Positions 60,221-64,000 of a stretch of DNA of 64,000 nt are shown here, piece by piece. Position 1 is the stretch's first letter, and each line of letters opens with the position of its first letter. Under the pieces are notes generated by a model. That model was given only the letters and a program-made list of their open reading frames with translations. It was not told the origin of the DNA and searched no databases. The stretch comes from Candidatus Eiseniibacteriota bacterium (GTDB lineage Bacteria > Eisenbacteria > RBG-16-71-46 > CAVPCR01): assembly GCA_963702435.1 (NCBI GenBank), contig CAVPCR010000002.1, forward strand, positions 32,001 to 96,000, written 5' to 3'. The translations under genes were made by a program, and so were the position numbers.

Positions 60221-62521
60221 CTAGCCGCCCGACTCCATCGCTTCCTTGAGCTCGGACTCCGCCGGCGACTCGGCCGCCGACTCGCCGGTCTCCGCCTCGA
60301 TCGCCGCCACCGCCTTGCAGCGCGAGCAGTAGTAGTGCGGACCCGTCGCCTTGGTCTCGCGGTACACCATGAACGGCGCGCCGCAGGCGATGCACGGGGT
60401 CGGTACCGGCTTCTGCCAGAGGGCGAACTTGCAGTCGGGATAGCGATCGCAGCCGTAGAACATCTTCCCGCGCCGCGAGCGCTTCTCGACGAGCTGGCCG
60501 GTGCAGCCCTCCTCGGGACAGGCGACCCCGACCTTGAACGAGGCGGTGGTCTTGCACTCGGGATAGGCCGAGCAGGCGAGGAAACGGCCGAACCGCCCGC
60601 TCCGGACCACCATCGGCGAGCCGCACTTCGCGCAGACCTCGCCGGTCTCGATCGCGGGCGCCTCGCCCTCGAGCGGCTTCGTGTTCCGGCACTCGGGATA
60701 ACCGGGGCAGGCGAGGAAGGGGCCGTTCCGCCCGTACTTCTTCACCATGTTGCGGCCGCAGGCCTCGCAGACCACCGCGGACTCCTGCTGCACGGACTGC
60801 TTGAGCTCGGCCGTCCTCTCCTCGGCCTTGACCAGATCGGCGGCGAAGGGCGTGTAAAAATCGCGGACCACCTTGACCCACTCGTCCTCCCCCGTCTCCA
60901 CCTTGTCGAGTTCCTCCTCCATGCGGGCGGTGAACTGGACCTCGAAGATGTCCGGGAAGTTCTTGAGCAGGAGATCGGTGACCGTCATCCCGAGATCGGT
61001 GGGCTTGAGCGCGCCCTTCTCCTTGATCACGTAGTCGCGATTCAGGATGGTCGAGACGATCGTCGCGTAGGTCGAAGGCCGGCCGATCCCCGCCGCCTCG
61101 AGCGCCTTGATGATGGTGGCCTCGGTGTAACGGGGCGGCGGCTGGGTGAAGTGCTGCCGGGGCGTGACGCGCTTCGTCTGGAGCGGATCGCCCTCGGCCA
61201 GCGCCGGGAGCCTGGTGCCCTCCCCCTCCTCGCCGGCCTCGCCGTTCTCGGCGAGGACGCCGTAGACGCGGAGGAAGCCGTCGAACTTGGGGAGCGTGCC
61301 CGTCGCGCGCAGCACCTTGTCGCCGATCTGGACGTCGACCGTCGTCACGTCGAACACCGCGGGCGCCATCTGGCAGGCGACGAAGCGATTCCAGATGAGC
61401 GTGTAGAGCTTGAGCTGCGGCTGCGAGAGCGCGCCGCGGAGCGACTCGGGCGTGCGCGTGACCGAGGTCGGGCGGATCGCCTCGTGCGCGTCCTGGGTCG
61501 TGGCGCTCTTCTTGGCGTAGACCGGGGGCTCGGCCGGGAGGTAGCGCTCGCCGTAGTGCGATCCGATGAAGCCGCGCACCTCGTCGATGGCCTCGCCGGC
61601 GATCCGCGTCGAGTCGGTGCGCATGTAGGTGATGAGACCGACGGTGCCCTCGCCCGGGACGTCCACCCCCTCGTACAGCTCCTGGGCGTGCATCATCGTC
61701 TTCTTCGAGGAGAAGCGGAGCCGCTGATAGGCCTCCTGCTGCAGGGTCGAGGTCTTGAACGGCGGCTTCGGCGAGCGGCGCTTCTCCTGCCGCGTCACCG
61801 ACTGGACGACCGGCCGGCCCTGCCGCAGCTCGTCGACGATGCGCTGGGCCTCGGCCTCGTTCCCGATCTCGGGAGTCTGGCCCGCGACCTTGAACAGCTT
61901 GGCCTCGAAGCGCTCATTGGCCGCGGTCTCGAAGAGCGCCATGATCGACCAGTACTCGACGGGCACGAAGGCCAGGACCTCGCGCTCCCGCTCGACCACC
62001 ATGCGCAGCGCCACCGACTGCACGCGCCCCGCCGAGAGCCCGTAGCGGACCGTGCGCCAGAGGAGCGGGCTCACCTGGTAGCCGACGAGCCGGTCCATCA
62101 CGCGCCGCGCCTGCTGCGCGTTGACCATGTTCATGTCGATCGAGCGGGGCTCCTCGAGCGCTCGCTGCACGGCCTTCTTCGTGATCTCGTAGAATGCGAG
62201 GCGCTTCATGTCCCGCGCGCCGCTCTTGAGCTGCATGGCGAGGTGCCAGGCGATCGCCTCCCCCTCGCGGTCGGGGTCGGGCGCGAGATAGACCTCCTTG
62301 GCCTTGCGCGCCGCCGACTTGAGCTCCTTGATGGTGGGCGCCTTGCCGCGGATCGTCACGTACTGCGGCTCGAAATCGCGATCGACGTCGACGCCGAGCT
62401 TCGACTTGGGCAGATCCATGATGTGCCCGCCGGACGCCAGGACCTGGAAGTTCCTCCCCAGGAACTTGGTCAAGGTCCTGGCCTTGGTCGGCGACTCGAC
62501 GATCACGAGCGACTTGGACAT
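60221..62521 (-). CDS. topA: DNA topoisomerase I
   Basis: IVESPTK, DPDREGE, SAGRVQS, ITYMRTD, GIGRPSTY, C-terminal Zn ribbons. Confidence 0.98.
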   Translation of the reverse strand: MSKSLVIVESPTKARTLTKFLGRNFQVLASGGHIMDLPKSKLGVDVDRDFEPQYVTIRGKAPTIKELKSAARKAKEVYLAPDPDREGEAIAWHLAMQLKSGARDMKRLAFYEITKKAVQRALEEPRSIDMNMVNAQQARRVMDRLVGYQVSPLLWRTVRYGLSAGRVQSVALRMVVEREREVLAFVPVEYWSIMALFETAANERFEAKLFKVAGQTPEIGNEAEAQRIVDELRQGRPVVQSVTRQEKRRSPKPPFKTSTLQQEAYQRLRFSSKKTMMHAQELYEGVDVPGEGTVGLITYMRTDSTRIAGEAIDEVRGFIGSHYGERYLPAEPPVYAKKSATTQDAHEAIRPTSVTRTPESLRGALSQPQLKLYTLIWNRFVACQMAPAVFDVTTVDVQIGDKVLRATGTLPKFDGFLRVYGVLAENGEAGEEGEGTRLPALAEGDPLQTKRVTPRQHFTQPPPRYTEATIIKALEAAGIGRPSTYATIVSTILNRDYVIKEKGALKPTDLGMTVTDLLLKNFPDIFEVQFTARMEEELDKVETGEDEWVKVVRDFYTPFAADLVKAEERTAELKQSVQQESAVVCEACGRNMVKKYGRNGPFLACPGYPECRNTKPLEGEAPAIETGEVCAKCGSPMVVRSGRFGRFLACSAYPECKTTASFKVGVACPEEGCTGQLVEKRSRRGKMFYGCDRYPDCKFALWQKPVPTPCIACGAPFMVYRETKATGPHYYCSRCKAVAAIEAETGESAAESPAESELKEAMESGG

Positions 62522-62596
62522 GCGAACATCCTCATGATGGGGACTGGCCCCGGACGGACTGGAGCGCTCGCACCGAGCACGGGTGCGCGCGCCGCG

Positions 62597-63073
62597 CTAG
62601 TGGGGCCGCGGCAGGTCGTCCTCGCCTGCCGGCAGCGATCCCTCTCCTTCCCCGTCCGGGGAATGGAAGAGGACCAGGTTCACGATCCGCTTCAGCGCGT
62701 CGAGATCGACGGGCTCCGACCTCGTACCGACGATCTGGTTCAGGATGAGCTCGAGCTGCAGATCGTCGAGCGCCCCCTGATCGCGGAGCTTCAAGAGATG
62801 CCCGTAGGCTTCCCGGGAGAGGAGCGCGCGCTCGGCGCGATCCAGGATCCGGTTGTTGACCTTGCGCCGGCTTCCCTTCTCGACATAGAGCCCGGTCGTG
62901 TAGGGCTCGATCAGGGCGAGCAGGAACTGCATGGCGGATCCGACCGCCGCCGGTTCGAACTCCCCGGAATCGAGCCAGTCGGCCAGGTCCTCGAGCGCAT
63001 GGGTGTCGCCCTTCATGTAGGCGCGCAGCTGCTGCACGATGACCATCAGCACTTCGTCGACCGGATCGTCCAT
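62597..63073 (-). CDS. Smg/DUF494-like protein
   Basis: RILDRAER..LS.EAYG.L..L...G.L pattern, directly upstream of topA. Confidence 0.7.
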   Translation of the reverse strand: MDDPVDEVLMVIVQQLRAYMKGDTHALEDLADWLDSGEFEPAAVGSAMQFLLALIEPYTTGLYVEKGSRRKVNNRILDRAERALLSREAYGHLLKLRDQGALDDLQLELILNQIVGTRSEPVDLDALKRIVNLVLFHSPDGEGEGSLPAGEDDLPRPH

Positions 63074-63222
63074 CCAGGCCCTCCTGGCGGGCCGCCGCCA
63101 CCGGGGCGCCTCCCACCACACCTCATCTTCTTGTCCTCTAGATCGGCCGGCCGGCCCGGGGGTGCGAGAGCATTTCACCCTGCCCCCGGTCTGCCAGCCG
63201 CATCTTACGCTATGAAAGAGAC

Positions 63223-64000
63223 TTACCCTGGACGACCGCCCTCCAGGGGCAGATGGCACTTCTTGTACTTCTTCCCGCTGCCGCAGGGGCAGGGATCGTT
63301 GCGGCCGACCTCGGCGCCTCGCCGGACCGGCTCCCGCGGTAGGACGGGGCGACCGGCCGCCGGGCGCCGTACGGGCTGCCGGCGGGCGGCGGCCCCCCTG
63401 CCGCGGCGGCTGCCGGCTGCGGCTCCCCGGCCGGCGCCGCCCCGGCGGCATAGGCGCTCGCCGCCTCATGCCGGTAGGCCATGGCCCGCGGCGCCGGGGC
63501 CTGGGCCCGCGCCTGGGGCTCCTCGACCAGGCTCACCTTGAACAGGTTACGAACCGTCTCCCGGCGAATCCGCACGAGGATCTCCTCGAACAGCCGGAAG
63601 GCCTCCTTCTTGTACTCGATGAGCGGGTCCTTCCCCGCCACCGATTGCCGGCCGATTCCCTCCCGCAAGTGGTCGACCTCGTAGAGGTGATCGCGCCAGG
63701 CGGCATCGAGGGTGCGCAGGAAGATGAAGCGCTCGATCTGCCGCATGAGCTCGGGGGTGAACTCGGCTTCCTTCGCCGCATAGGCCTTCCCGACCTCGGC
63801 CGTCATGTCCTCGACCACGGCGGCGAAGGCATCGCGCCCCTCGGGCGCGGACGGCTTGATCGGCTGCATGGCGATCAGCTCGAACTCGCCGGCGAGCTCG
63901 CGGAGCGGCCAGTCCTGCCAGCTCTCGGCCCGATCGATCACCTCGGCGCACTTCTCCTCGACCAGCTCGCCGAGCATCTCGAGCACGTCCTCGTGCAGAT
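63223..64000 (-). CDS. secA: Preprotein translocase SecA, C-terminal part (apparent frameshift near 63335)
   Basis: LD..WRDHL...LREGI...DPLIEYK.E.F..F; SEC-C motif [19 protein letters not shown] in the adjacent frame, TAA at 63223-63225. Confidence 0.93.

Overview
Very GC-rich bacterial chromosome segment with about 47 genes. No rRNA, tRNA, CRISPR array, transposase or phage genes were seen. The gene content (LptE, an Omp85 protein, a FlgD-Ig/T9SS-like C-terminal domain, TWGxIK-tailed secreted proteins) suggests a diderm of an FCB-related candidate lineage such as Ca. Eisenbacteria; this is inference. A clear 28-bp dif site lies at 15751-15778, where gene orientation flips from all + to mostly -. 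Both xerD and xerC are in the window, so it probably spans the replication terminus. Left of dif: degT, lptE, holA, trxA, leuS, a TlpA protein, a 1.6-kaa C25 (gingipain-like) protease, and a tandem array of four 8-Cys secreted paralogs, one of them decayed. The four paralogs share a C-terminal TWGxIK motif with an unrelated CHRD protein, a candidate sorting signal. Right of dif: an accessory block (MarR with two candidate operators, CHRD, M48, cyclase, CcsBA, DUF2341/LamG, DUF547 remnant), GH57, a Tudor-SNF2 plus Zn-finger gene pair, an Omp85-peptidase, dapAB, argF, and pntAB/pntB without pntAA. Then comes an unusual HD-PrpD-fused homoaconitase-[deleted dehydrogenase scar]-CitD/E-CitF operon, followed by xerC, trmFO, topA, smg-like and secA. 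Frameshifts in leuS, the aconitase, citF and secA look like assembly consensus artefacts. All family calls come from motif recognition, not database searches.
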